In this document: positions 18,898 to 28,464 of the stretch, one piece after another
How positions within the stretch are numbered: position 1 is the stretch's first letter
Layout: every line of letters starts with the position of its first letter
DNA from: Candidatus Poribacteria bacterium
Lineage (GTDB): Bacteria > Poribacteria > WGA-4E > WGA-3G
Reading direction: 5' to 3'
Assembly: GCA_965205015.1 (NCBI GenBank)
Contig: OZ242029.1
Span: 3,168,001-3,232,000 of the forward strand
DNA length: 64,000 bases
Notes under the pieces: model-generated
Database searches by the model: none
What the model was told of the DNA's origin: nothing
What the model saw: only the letters and a program-made list of their open reading frames with translations
Translations under genes and position numbers: made by a program

Positions 18898-20955
18898 CTA
18901 TTTGGGTGTATTATTGAGCGATACAAAGGCCGGATTGAGTTTGAACACATTTCGGATCGCTTTTATTGCTTTCTCCCGTTCGTTGGCTTTTAGCGCAACC
19001 TGCGCGAGATGATAATGAGGCTCGATAGCATCGCGCTGTAGATCGATGGCACGTTCCAAAGTTTTCATTCCTTTGTTGACTTGCCCTCGCCTTGATAAAA
19101 TCCAACCGAGGGTATCGTGATAAGCGGCAACATCCGGCGTCAATGTTACAGCTGTATAGGCTAACGCTTCAGCGAGTCGTAGATTGGACGAAGTCGGCAA
19201 AACGGAGTTCGCGGACGATGGGTGTGAACCTTGTGGATTGTTAATATTCACAGGTAAATGATCCTGATAATTATCCGCATAGAGGCGTGCAAGATTATTG
19301 TATGCCTCACCATATTTTGGTGCAAGGTGTATCGCCTTTTCATAGGCGCGTTGCGCCTCCAGGACACGCCCGGTTTTCATATACGCTGTCCCAAGGATAT
19401 TGTAGGTTTCATAGTCGCGAGTCGTCCCTTCTCCTACCGACGTGAGCGGGTAAACGCCGACGAGTGAGGCTTCGGCGGCGAATATGTCCGGGTTCTCATT
19501 CCCTTTTGCCTCTAAAAACAGTTCATACGCTTCAATGGCGAGCGCGTACTGACTCTCCTTAAAGTACGCAAATCCGAGTTTCCTATAGAAACTAATTGGG
19601 AGGGCACCGAGCCCTCTGCTCAACTCATACGAGTTAATGGCTTTTCTATAATATCCCTCTTGAATGTAGAAATCACCTTCCGCCAAAGAGCGTTTTACCA
19701 ACTCCGGTAGTTCGCTGATAGAAAGCCCGAAGCGAGATAGGGGACTTAATTCCATTTTTGTGTGTTTCTGATACTGCGTGAAAGCGATCGTAACGATGAC
19801 GAGAACAGCCCATAATATCAGATAGACGCGCGTTCGCTGCACCCATTGCTTGGAAAGATATCTGCCGGGGTGTATTAGCGTTAGGAAGAAGTTCGTCTGT
19901 GCGGATTCAAGCGCAGTGTCCTGCGAATCATACGGGACAGTCGTAGCATTAGGTGCTAACATCGGAAGATTAACCGACGAACCGGCAAGACGAGAGGATC
20001 GAGCGATAGATTCCGCTAAATCGTTTATCTCTTGATCTTCTTTTTCTCGTTGTGATTCCGTATCGGTTGTAAAAGTATCTGTAGTTTCGGTTTCATCTAT
20101 AGATTCAACCGGTTCATCGTCAAACTGCCCAGAATCCGGTATAGCTGCTCCTTCATCTGTAGGTTCAGTTTCCTCTATAACATCGCCCGGTTCATCGGAG
20201 AACTGTGTATGATCCGGAATATCGGTTATTTCTTCTGGAACTGCTACAGTGCTTTCACCTGAATCAACAGAAGGATTTGTGAATATTCCTTCAAATTCCG
20301 TCGACTGTTTCTCACCAGATTCGGTTGTTGAGACTTCATCTGCCGCTACATCTTCCATTTGTTCTATAAACGGATTCTCGGACGTAGCCGTTTGAAAACC
20401 TTCCGTGTTGTGAGGATGAACATTCGGTTCTGGTTCTGCTCTGTTTTGTTCTGGAATAGTTTGTGAATCTGTGAGATCTGTTGTCGCTGACGGTTCCTGT
20501 GTTTCTATCCGCTCACGAGACAGTTCGGGGTTAGACGCTTCCGGGGATGTTGAAGTGCCTCCATTGGCATAACGCGTCTCAATCCGAGCCATGCTTTTCT
20601 TCACTTCGATCCGTGTGAGCATCGAACCGGCAGTGCGGAGCGATTCGAGCGTCGAAAGCGCATCAGGCGTTGCCAACTCACCAATGGCTTCAAGCATTGT
20701 CCAAAGCGTTAAATCGTTTGACTCGACCTGTAACGCTTCAAGCAACGGCTGCGCAGCTCGAGTCGCGTTCATTTGGTGAAGTCCCATCGCGGCTTCGCGC
20801 CGGACCATTGAATCTGAATCAGCGAGCACCTCAATTAGGGGATCTATTCCGTGTGAGTTATCCTGCGAGACAAGATTCACAATAGCATTACACCGAGCGA
20901 TGCTGGGTTGCCTTGTGTCTGTTAAATTCTGGATGAGTTGTTCAAAAGATAACAT
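18898..20955 (-). CDS. HEAT-repeat / acidic linker / transmembrane / TPR protein
   Basis: N-terminal HEAT_2 repeats (DSMVRREAA), a ~190-aa D/E/T/S-rich linker, one TM helix (YLILWAVLVIVTIAF) and C-terminal TPRs (AYNNLA, YHDTLGW). Confidence 0.85.
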   Translation of the reverse strand: MLSFEQLIQNLTDTRQPSIARCNAIVNLVSQDNSHGIDPLIEVLADSDSMVRREAAMGLHQMNATRAAQPLLEALQVESNDLTLWTMLEAIGELATPDALSTLESLRTAGSMLTRIEVKKSMARIETRYANGGTSTSPEASNPELSRERIETQEPSATTDLTDSQTIPEQNRAEPEPNVHPHNTEGFQTATSENPFIEQMEDVAADEVSTTESGEKQSTEFEGIFTNPSVDSGESTVAVPEEITDIPDHTQFSDEPGDVIEETEPTDEGAAIPDSGQFDDEPVESIDETETTDTFTTDTESQREKEDQEINDLAESIARSSRLAGSSVNLPMLAPNATTVPYDSQDTALESAQTNFFLTLIHPGRYLSKQWVQRTRVYLILWAVLVIVTIAFTQYQKHTKMELSPLSRFGLSISELPELVKRSLAEGDFYIQEGYYRKAINSYELSRGLGALPISFYRKLGFAYFKESQYALAIEAYELFLEAKGNENPDIFAAEASLVGVYPLTSVGEGTTRDYETYNILGTAYMKTGRVLEAQRAYEKAIHLAPKYGEAYNNLARLYADNYQDHLPVNINNPQGSHPSSANSVLPTSSNLRLAEALAYTAVTLTPDVAAYHDTLGWILSRRGQVNKGMKTLERAIDLQRDAIEPHYHLAQVALKANEREKAIKAIRNVFKLNPAFVSLNNTPK

Positions 20956-21079
20956 AATTCCTCAGGCGACTCTAAAATTGCGCCACTATTTTTAAGACAT
21001 TACTCCAATTAACAAAACGATTTTTAACGAAAAAGGTTTCAAACCTAATATTGGGGGTTATCAGTAGCCCGAAAACCAT

Positions 21080-21108
21080 TTGACATTTTGCGGAAAACGC
21101 CGTATCAT
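21080..21108 (+). promoter_or_regulatory. Sigma70-type promoter
   Basis: TTGACA-N17-TATCAT upstream of the SBP gene. Confidence 0.75.
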
Positions 21109-21143
21109 AAAACGTATATTTTTTCTAAATATCGGAGAAATTT

Positions 21144-22736
21144 ATGAAACACGGTTTTTTTACAAGAATTCTCTTATGCACCCTTCTAATATCGTTACTT
21201 GCCGGGTTCTTACCGGTCCTTGCCGATTCACATCTCAAACGCGGTGGCACCTTAATTTTTGGGCGCGGTGGAGACTCCATTGGATTAGATCCTGCGCATG
21301 AAATAGATGGAGAATCCTTCAAAGTCTGCAACAACATCTACGACACGCTCGTTCAATATAAGGATGAAAGCACAGCCCTCGAACCGGCGCTTGCTGAAAG
21401 TTGGGAAAGTTCAGAAGACGGGCTGACCTGGACTTTTCACCTTCGGCAAGGTGTAACCTTCCATGACGGAACCCCTTTCAACGCCGAAGCGGTTCTCTTT
21501 TCCCTGAACCGACAGCATGATGCTACACATCCGTTCCATAAGATTGGGGGTGCCTATAACTACTGGATAGACACCGGTTTGGCAGAGGTTGTGGATACAA
21601 TTGCTGCGGTTGATGAATTTACGGTTCAAATCCACCTTAAAACGGCTTATGCGCCGTTCCTCTACACCCTTACCATCCATGCTTTCTCAATTGTGAGTCC
21701 GACGGCACTGCAAAAATGGGGTGAAGATTTTACGAATAACCCCGTCGGGACGGGTCCCTTCAAGTTCGTACGATGGGATCGCAACGATAAGATCGTGCTT
21801 GAGGCGAACGATACATACTGGGGAGGTAGACCGCCTTTAGATAGGATTATCTTCCAATCCATTCCTGATAATTCCGTCCGGCTCATCAAACTTCAGGAGG
21901 GAAGTCTCCATGCCATGGAGTTCCCGAACCCGGATGACTTGCAACAGATCCGAGATGATACTATGCTGGCGTTGATTGCGCAACCCGGCATGAACATTGG
22001 GTATTTGGCAATGAATATGGACAAAGAACCCTTTGATAATCTGAAGGTGCGACGTGCCATCAACCACGCCATCAACAAGACTGCAATTGTCGAACATCTC
22101 TATCAGGGTATGGGTATCCCTGCCAAGAATCCGATTCCACCGACACTCTGGAGTTATGACGATTCGATTGAGGATTACGACTATGACCCAGAGTTGGCGA
22201 AGCGGTTGCTGACGGAGGCGGGCTATGCGAATGGATTTGAAACAACACTTTGGGCACTCCCCGTTCCGCGTCCCTATATCCCCGATGGACGGGCACTCGC
22301 GGAGGTGCTGCAATCCGAGCTCCGCAATATTGGGATTGCGGCAAAAATCGTGACATTTGACTGGGGTACCTATCTTGAGAAAACGAAAAATGGTGAGCAT
22401 GACATCGCAATGTTGGGGTGGTTTGCGGACATAGGCGATCCGGACAACTTCCTCTACTACCTTTTGAGTAAGTCAGCGGCAAAAAAACCTGCGGGGAATA
22501 TCGCATTTTACCGAAGCGATGCGATGCAAGATGTACTCGAGCAGGCGAGGGCAAGTACGAATCAGAACGAACGCGTTTTGCTCTACCAACAAGCACAACG
22601 CATTTTCCATGAGGATGTCCCGTGGGTGCCCTTGGCGCATGCCCAGCAGATTTTAGTTATAAACCGGAAGGTGAAGAATCTCAAACTTCATCCACTGTCG
22701 TGGAAATACTTCCGCCAAATTTGGATCGAGGAATAA
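21144..22736 (+). CDS. dppA: ABC peptide/nickel-type substrate-binding protein (SBP family 5, DppA-like)
   Basis: LAESWE...WTFHLRQGVTFHDG, PVGTGPF, VRRAINHAIN and PVPRPYIP; signal peptide. Confidence 0.9.
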   Translation: MKHGFFTRILLCTLLISLLAGFLPVLADSHLKRGGTLIFGRGGDSIGLDPAHEIDGESFKVCNNIYDTLVQYKDESTALEPALAESWESSEDGLTWTFHLRQGVTFHDGTPFNAEAVLFSLNRQHDATHPFHKIGGAYNYWIDTGLAEVVDTIAAVDEFTVQIHLKTAYAPFLYTLTIHAFSIVSPTALQKWGEDFTNNPVGTGPFKFVRWDRNDKIVLEANDTYWGGRPPLDRIIFQSIPDNSVRLIKLQEGSLHAMEFPNPDDLQQIRDDTMLALIAQPGMNIGYLAMNMDKEPFDNLKVRRAINHAINKTAIVEHLYQGMGIPAKNPIPPTLWSYDDSIEDYDYDPELAKRLLTEAGYANGFETTLWALPVPRPYIPDGRALAEVLQSELRNIGIAAKIVTFDWGTYLEKTKNGEHDIAMLGWFADIGDPDNFLYYLLSKSAAKKPAGNIAFYRSDAMQDVLEQARASTNQNERVLLYQQAQRIFHEDVPWVPLAHAQQILVINRKVKNLKLHPLSWKYFRQIWIEE

Positions 22737-22737
22737 T

Positions 22738-23763
22738 ATGAACAAATCCGTATTTCGCGTAGGTGTCACACGCGACTTCTTAGGACCCGATGGCACCTGC
22801 GATTTAGATGACATTGCCGATCCGCTTTTTGACGAAGCGGGTCTGCACTGGGAATATATTGCAGAGAATACACCTGTGTTACAAGCCGCACAGGTGCAGG
22901 ATTATGACGCGCTCTTAGTATTGGGCGCGGGGATCACGGCGGAAACATTCACAGACGCTGACAGGTTGGCTGTTATCGCTCGTTTCGGCGTCGGATATGA
23001 TAAGGTGGATGTGGCGGCTTGTACCGAAAACGGTGTGTTGCTAACGATTGCCCCTGATGGTGTTCGGCGTCCCGTTGCCACTTCCATCATGACCTTGGTC
23101 CTATCGTTGAGCCACCAGTTGTTGATAAAGGATAGACTCATCCGTGCGGGCGGCTGGAGAAACACACAGAACTATAGAGGGATGGGGTTAGTCGGCAGAA
23201 CGTTGGGGCTTGTCGGTATGGGGAATATCGGGAAAGAAGCTTTTAAACTGGCAAAACCTTTCGGGATGCGTCATATCACTTACGACCCGTACATCACACC
23301 CGCTGATGCGGCAGAAGTCGATGTAGAGCCCGTTGATCTGGACACCTTGATGCGAACGGCTGATTTTGTGTGTGTCTGCTGTCCATTAAACGAAGAGACG
23401 CGCGGACTCATCGACGCGAAACGTATCGGGCAGATGAAACCGACGGCTTATCTGATTAACACCGCACGCGGTCCAATTGTTGACCAAAAGGCACTCACGG
23501 AGGCACTTCAGGATCGACGGATTCAAGGAGCAGGACTCGATGTCTTTGAACAGGAGCCAATTGACGATGACGATCCGCTCTTAAGTCTGGACAACGTTAT
23601 TGTGACTCCGCACAGTATCTGTTGGACGGATGAATGCTTTGAAGGCAACGCCAAGAGTGCGTGCGGGAGTATCATTAACGTGGCTTCTGGGAAAATGCCA
23701 CCATATATTGTAAATCGAGAGGTTATAGATAGCCCGAGATTACAACAGAAGTTGGCGCGTTGA
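22738..23763 (+). CDS. D-isomer-specific 2-hydroxyacid dehydrogenase
   Basis: RFGVGYD, GLVGMGNIG, INTARGPIVD, LDVFEQEP and VTPH. Confidence 0.92.
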   Translation: MNKSVFRVGVTRDFLGPDGTCDLDDIADPLFDEAGLHWEYIAENTPVLQAAQVQDYDALLVLGAGITAETFTDADRLAVIARFGVGYDKVDVAACTENGVLLTIAPDGVRRPVATSIMTLVLSLSHQLLIKDRLIRAGGWRNTQNYRGMGLVGRTLGLVGMGNIGKEAFKLAKPFGMRHITYDPYITPADAAEVDVEPVDLDTLMRTADFVCVCCPLNEETRGLIDAKRIGQMKPTAYLINTARGPIVDQKALTEALQDRRIQGAGLDVFEQEPIDDDDPLLSLDNVIVTPHSICWTDECFEGNAKSACGSIINVASGKMPPYIVNREVIDSPRLQQKLAR

Positions 23764-23779
23764 AACGCGGAGGAACATC

Positions 23780-24574
23780 ATGCTTACAGAACAGCAAGTC
23801 AAGCATTTTCAGACATTGGGATTTCTCGTTTTTCGGCAGGTGTTCAACCAAGAGGAACTGAACACAATACAAGAGGAGTTTGAAGCGGCGATGGCATCTG
23901 CGTATCGTCATGCGCCCTTTGATGGAACGCACCGACATTGGCTACCCATGATGGGACCCGAGACACCCTTCTTCGCGAACCTGCCGGAAGACTCGCGGTT
24001 CTGCGAGGTGGCAGAGCAACTCTACGGCGACGATGTGTTTTTCGTCGTTTCGGATGCGAACCGTTATGTGGGCAATACAGGTTGGCACCCGGATCATAAC
24101 GTTGATCCAATCAAGGATTGCTACGGGGTGAAATTCGCGTATTATCTTGAACCCGTTGATGCCGAAAGCGGGGCGTTACGGCTGATCCCCGGCTCTCACA
24201 AAAATCCGCTGCACACCGACCTGCGGGAGAATTTGAACGAGTTGGGGCTGGAGATTTGTGACGTTCCGGGGTATGTTTGCCAATCGGAACCGGGGGATGT
24301 GGTCGCTTTCGATATGCGGTGCTGGCATGCCAGTTGGGGGGGCAGCGCTGACCGTCGGATGTGCACTATCGTTTACTATAACAATCCAAGGACTCCTGTC
24401 GAAGATGCTGCCACGCGTAACCGCGCACGAAGCAACGCGAGGAGTCCGGAACAATTTAATCGACCGGGCGAGCCGCTCTACGATCCACACTGGGTCGCAA
24501 ATCCAGCGGGCAGTGAAAAACGGCAGCAATGGATTGATCGGTTGCGTGAGTTAGGATTTTTGGATACGGTTTAA
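23780..24574 (+). CDS. Phytanoyl-CoA dioxygenase (PhyH) family Fe/2OG oxygenase
   Basis: WHPD...LIPGSH...PGDVVAFD...WHAS...RR. Confidence 0.9.
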   Translation: MLTEQQVKHFQTLGFLVFRQVFNQEELNTIQEEFEAAMASAYRHAPFDGTHRHWLPMMGPETPFFANLPEDSRFCEVAEQLYGDDVFFVVSDANRYVGNTGWHPDHNVDPIKDCYGVKFAYYLEPVDAESGALRLIPGSHKNPLHTDLRENLNELGLEICDVPGYVCQSEPGDVVAFDMRCWHASWGGSADRRMCTIVYYNNPRTPVEDAATRNRARSNARSPEQFNRPGEPLYDPHWVANPAGSEKRQQWIDRLRELGFLDTV

Positions 24575-24644
24575 ACGGACGAAATTTTATAGGAGTGGGC
24601 TTTCCTCCCACGTTTGAAGATTTCGGAGGAAAGCTCAAAGATGC

Positions 24645-25196
24645 ATGAGAAAGAAAAAACAGACACGGATTGACAAGCGGATACTAAAAACGGAGTACAT
24701 GCGAATTATTCCAGACGACTCCGCACCCCTTTTTCAAGAGGAAATGCACGAGAACTTCGACTTTCGCATAGGATTTATCCACCAAGGCGTTGTTGCGCAT
24801 GTCTACGAAATCGGTATACCTGAAGAATTGGGTGCGCACGATACCGTCAAAGATATTTCTATCCCTCGCGTGTCCTGTTTTATTGTGCTTGTAACACAAG
24901 TCGTACTGCACCATATCAACCGCCTGCCAACTCTGTTCAAGCATGCAGTCTGGGAAACTATTGACGCTATCATTGATGAGGATGCCGAAGTTCCCGATAT
25001 CCTTTTGGTTATTATTGCCGACTGCATACAGAGAGCGATAGCGGAAATCAACTACAACCAATTGAAGAATGAAAGCGTCTTAAATCGGTTATGGAATAGT
25101 ATCAAGTCCGCTTATGGGGAGAAATACGCGCCAAGTGATGTTGAGATTTTCGACGATTTCTACGAATTTGAAGAGGATCCCGACGAAACAGAATAG
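24645..25196 (+). CDS. Hypothetical protein with acidic C-terminus
   Basis: 183-aa ORF filling the gap; no family recognised. Confidence 0.6.
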   Translation: MRKKKQTRIDKRILKTEYMRIIPDDSAPLFQEEMHENFDFRIGFIHQGVVAHVYEIGIPEELGAHDTVKDISIPRVSCFIVLVTQVVLHHINRLPTLFKHAVWETIDAIIDEDAEVPDILLVIIADCIQRAIAEINYNQLKNESVLNRLWNSIKSAYGEKYAPSDVEIFDDFYEFEEDPDETE

Positions 25197-25224
25197 CAGA
25201 ATAGTTATTGGGACGGTTTGCTAC

Positions 25225-25304
25225 GCAAACCTTTCGGTTATCGGTCTTCGGTTAAAAGAGGGTTTTGTTAAACGAAAGATTCTTAACCGATAACTGACAA
25301 CCGA
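25225..25304. repeat. Imperfect inverted repeat built from heptamer-like units
   Basis: TCGGTTATCGGTCTTCGGTTAA pairs with TTAACCGATAACTGACAACCGA. Confidence 0.55.
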
Positions 25305-25394
25305 TGCCATAAAACTGGTAACACTACCCTCTTTTTCCCAGATAATTGACCATGTTTTCCGTGAAACGTATCTATCCGCCGACTTGCAGAATTA

Positions 25395-25421
25395 TGCAAC
25401 CTTCTCCCTTCGATTCGCGTC
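25395..25421 (+). promoter_or_regulatory. Candidate ECF-type autoregulatory promoter
   Basis: TGCAAC-N17-CGTC matches the generic ECF AAC/CGT pattern, about 120 bp upstream of the ECF gene. Confidence 0.45.
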
Positions 25422-25539
25422 ACTACATCAAAATATAGTCAAGTACCCCACCCTCCCCTAAAGAGTGAGGAGGGAACGCCGAAGATTTTGATGAATACCA
25501 AGGACCGAGATTCCAACCTATCCGTACCAATAGGAGAGA

Positions 25540-26808
25540 TTGATGAGAAACGATGATGTCGCATTGGTTCACCGCGCCCTTACAGGTGACGAGACAGCCT
25601 TCTCGATGTTGGTGGAGAAGTACCAAAAACAGGTTCACGCGATCGCGTGGCGAACAACTAAGGATTTCCACGTTGCTGAGGACATCGTCCAAGAAACCTT
25701 TCTGAAGGTCCATCAGAAACTTGCGACCCTAAAGGATCCACAGCGATTTTCTGGTTGGATTAACGCTATTGCTACGCGGTGTTGTCTTGCGTGGTTTCGT
25801 GAGAAACGCTTGAATTCCGAACTTGCTGAGAATATAAACATCGCCATGAGACACGATGATCCATATTCTGGGTATCTGGCACGGGAGCAAGCTAAAGACG
25901 CATCACAAGAATTGCACGAAATTATTAAAAAGTGGCTCGCGAAGCTGCGGGAAAGTGACCGCATTGTCGTTACCCTCCACTATTTCGATGGAATGTCGTG
26001 TGAAGAAATCGCCGCTTTCTTAGGCATCCCTACAAACACCATAAAAAGTCGGCTCAACCGCGCGCGGAATCGGTTAAAAAAGAATGAATCTCTGGTGCAA
26101 TCTACTCCTGACGCTTTTCAAACTTTTGCGAAACTCAGCGAGGTCGTTAAAATGGAACGGAATATAAAGGTAAGTTTTAATGCCGCCACCGAAAGTGGCA
26201 ATCAATCAGGACATGGAAGTGTCTCCTTAATAAGAAACGATGCACTTTTGCGCTTTAAAAGTCTTAATTGCGGTTGGGAAGGAGACAGTCGATTTGAGTG
26301 TGTGCTAACAGCTTTGCTCGGAACGGCTATTACGCCTTCCGTTCTCAGATTTCCCGTCGTTGTAGGCGATACTTGGACGCAGGAAGGATTTTGGAATTCG
26401 CAAGTAGAGACAATCTTGGATGGTTACGAACAGATCGAAGTTCCTGCTGGTATTTTTCCTGCGTGTCTCCAGCATAAAAGTGTCCTTACGGACATCACTT
26501 CGCACTCACAGAACAACCTGACTATCATTACTAACGACAAACGCTATGAACCAGGTGACAGACAGATGAGCCCGTTTGTTAACGGGGTACGCCATTTGTG
26601 GTTTGCTAAAGGGGTTGGGCTCGTGAAAACGCGTTATGAGCATGCCAACGGTATCACAACAGAGATAGAACTAATGGAATATAGAACACCCGGCAAGACA
26701 GAAGAATATCTTCCTCTACAGATTGGTTCTACGTACACATATAAATCGCGTAGCGCCTATCTTGGTGAAACGCTTACTGAAACGTGGCGCGTCACTGAAA
26801 ATTTTTGA
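25540..26808 (+). CDS. ECF sigma-70 factor with ~230-aa C-terminal extension
   Basis: AEDIVQETFL, FSGWINAIA and GMSCEEIAAFLGIPTNTIKSRLNRAR; extension contains VPAGIF and WFAKGVGLVK. Confidence 0.92.
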   Translation: MMRNDDVALVHRALTGDETAFSMLVEKYQKQVHAIAWRTTKDFHVAEDIVQETFLKVHQKLATLKDPQRFSGWINAIATRCCLAWFREKRLNSELAENINIAMRHDDPYSGYLAREQAKDASQELHEIIKKWLAKLRESDRIVVTLHYFDGMSCEEIAAFLGIPTNTIKSRLNRARNRLKKNESLVQSTPDAFQTFAKLSEVVKMERNIKVSFNAATESGNQSGHGSVSLIRNDALLRFKSLNCGWEGDSRFECVLTALLGTAITPSVLRFPVVVGDTWTQEGFWNSQVETILDGYEQIEVPAGIFPACLQHKSVLTDITSHSQNNLTIITNDKRYEPGDRQMSPFVNGVRHLWFAKGVGLVKTRYEHANGITTEIELMEYRTPGKTEEYLPLQIGSTYTYKSRSAYLGETLTETWRVTENF

Positions 26809-26883
26809 CCCTGATCGGTATCTATTGAGAGTGAGCAGACGTAGACGTGAAAATTATCTATTGCTATTGTAACTGGAGATAAC

Positions 26884-28386
26884 GTGGTGCTTTGGACAAT
26901 TGTTAGAAGAGAAATCACAGCAAATATCTTGAGTCTCAGATTCTTCATGGGGTTACTCATCTATTTTTCTCTGATTGTGACAAATCTCTTTGTTTTGACC
27001 AGAGGTTACGAGGATAGACTGCAAAGCTACCAAACGGCTCTCCGAGAAAATGAAGATGAGATAAGACAGGTCAAAAAATACTCTGAATTCGGGCAAATCG
27101 GGCAAACCCGTAGACTCAAGTGTCATCGGAAACCGAAACTGTTGAGCATCTTCAACGAAGGCATGGATAAAAGGAAGGGCAACTCGGTAGCGGTCGCACA
27201 CGGATCTGTGCCTGCTGTTGCCGAACAACACGGCTCTGATAACCCCTATTTGAACATTTTTTCCTCTATTGACTTCACGGTCATTTGCCAAGTGGTGATG
27301 AGTCTACTCGCCCTGCTTTTCTCCTACGACACGATATCGCGAGAGAAGGAGGCGGGGACCTTGGGATTAACACTCTCTTGCGCGGTTTCGAGACCGATGC
27401 TGCTTTTGGGAAAATATATTGCTGGGATGGCATCTATCTCTCTTCCCCTTATTGCGAGTTTTGTGGCAGGCTTGTTGGTGATACAATCTTTTCCTTATGT
27501 TTCCTTCAGTAGTTCGGATTGGATACGGATCGCGCTCATCTTCCTCGTATCCATGCTTTATGTGTCTCTCTTTTTTCTCATTGGACTGTTCCTCTCCGCT
27601 CGGACACACCGATCCTCTATCACCTTAATGTTCTCAATGTGCGTCTGGGTGTTTTTCGTGCTGATCGTTCCAAATTTAACGGTTTTATTGGTGGAACATG
27701 TAAGTCCAATTCAATCGGAGCAATCACCGAAAGCACAGGCGGATGAACTGTGGACGGAATTTGAGACCAAAGTTGCAAAGTATTTGAAGGAACGCGGTGT
27801 TGAAAATCCTTGGGATCCTGCCAAACCCGGGGGGCTTGGCTTAAGCGCAGACAGAAGTTCTTATGGCAGCGGCGAAACCATAGGGATGAGCCGTTTTGCA
27901 AACGAGGACGGTATACCGTTTATCCAAGAATTTTATGGGTTCAAGGAAAATCTGCGGGCACAATACGCCGACAGGATATGGCAAGTCCGTAAGGAATATC
28001 TCGACGAGAATCCGAACCGACAGTCTCTATTGGCACTGAATATATCCCGTATATCTCCAGCACCCGTTTACTACAATGCCGCTGCGATTCTTGCGGAGAC
28101 AGACTTAGGAAGTTTCTATCAGTTTATGGAACAGACTCGACAATATCGCCGAGAGTGGGTTGAGTATCTGAGGGATGAAGAAATATTCTCCTCACGGAGA
28201 TGGTTTACAGAGGATGGGGCTCAAGGGGCTCTTGATCTCAGCGGCATGCCCAGATTTAAAGAACAGAGCGAAGGCATCGGGGGCAGCCTCCAACGCGCAG
28301 TCCCAGATATCATGATACTCGCGGTATTAAACATATTGTTCTTTATGGGAGCATTTGTCTCATTCCTGCGCTACGACGTGATATAG
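26884..28386 (+). CDS. ABC-2 type transporter permease with large extracytoplasmic loops
   Basis: WTIVRREI and FSYDTISREKEAGTLGLTLS...LLGKY; multiple TM helices. Confidence 0.88.
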   Translation: MVLWTIVRREITANILSLRFFMGLLIYFSLIVTNLFVLTRGYEDRLQSYQTALRENEDEIRQVKKYSEFGQIGQTRRLKCHRKPKLLSIFNEGMDKRKGNSVAVAHGSVPAVAEQHGSDNPYLNIFSSIDFTVICQVVMSLLALLFSYDTISREKEAGTLGLTLSCAVSRPMLLLGKYIAGMASISLPLIASFVAGLLVIQSFPYVSFSSSDWIRIALIFLVSMLYVSLFFLIGLFLSARTHRSSITLMFSMCVWVFFVLIVPNLTVLLVEHVSPIQSEQSPKAQADELWTEFETKVAKYLKERGVENPWDPAKPGGLGLSADRSSYGSGETIGMSRFANEDGIPFIQEFYGFKENLRAQYADRIWQVRKEYLDENPNRQSLLALNISRISPAPVYYNAAAILAETDLGSFYQFMEQTRQYRREWVEYLRDEEIFSSRRWFTEDGAQGALDLSGMPRFKEQSEGIGGSLQRAVPDIMILAVLNILFFMGAFVSFLRYDVI

Positions 28387-28464
28387 GGGATGAATCTGGA
28401 TCGTTTGTGGTAGGAAACCCAGTTATTTCCCGCTGTTCAGTTGATATGACCAAAAGAGGGTAAC

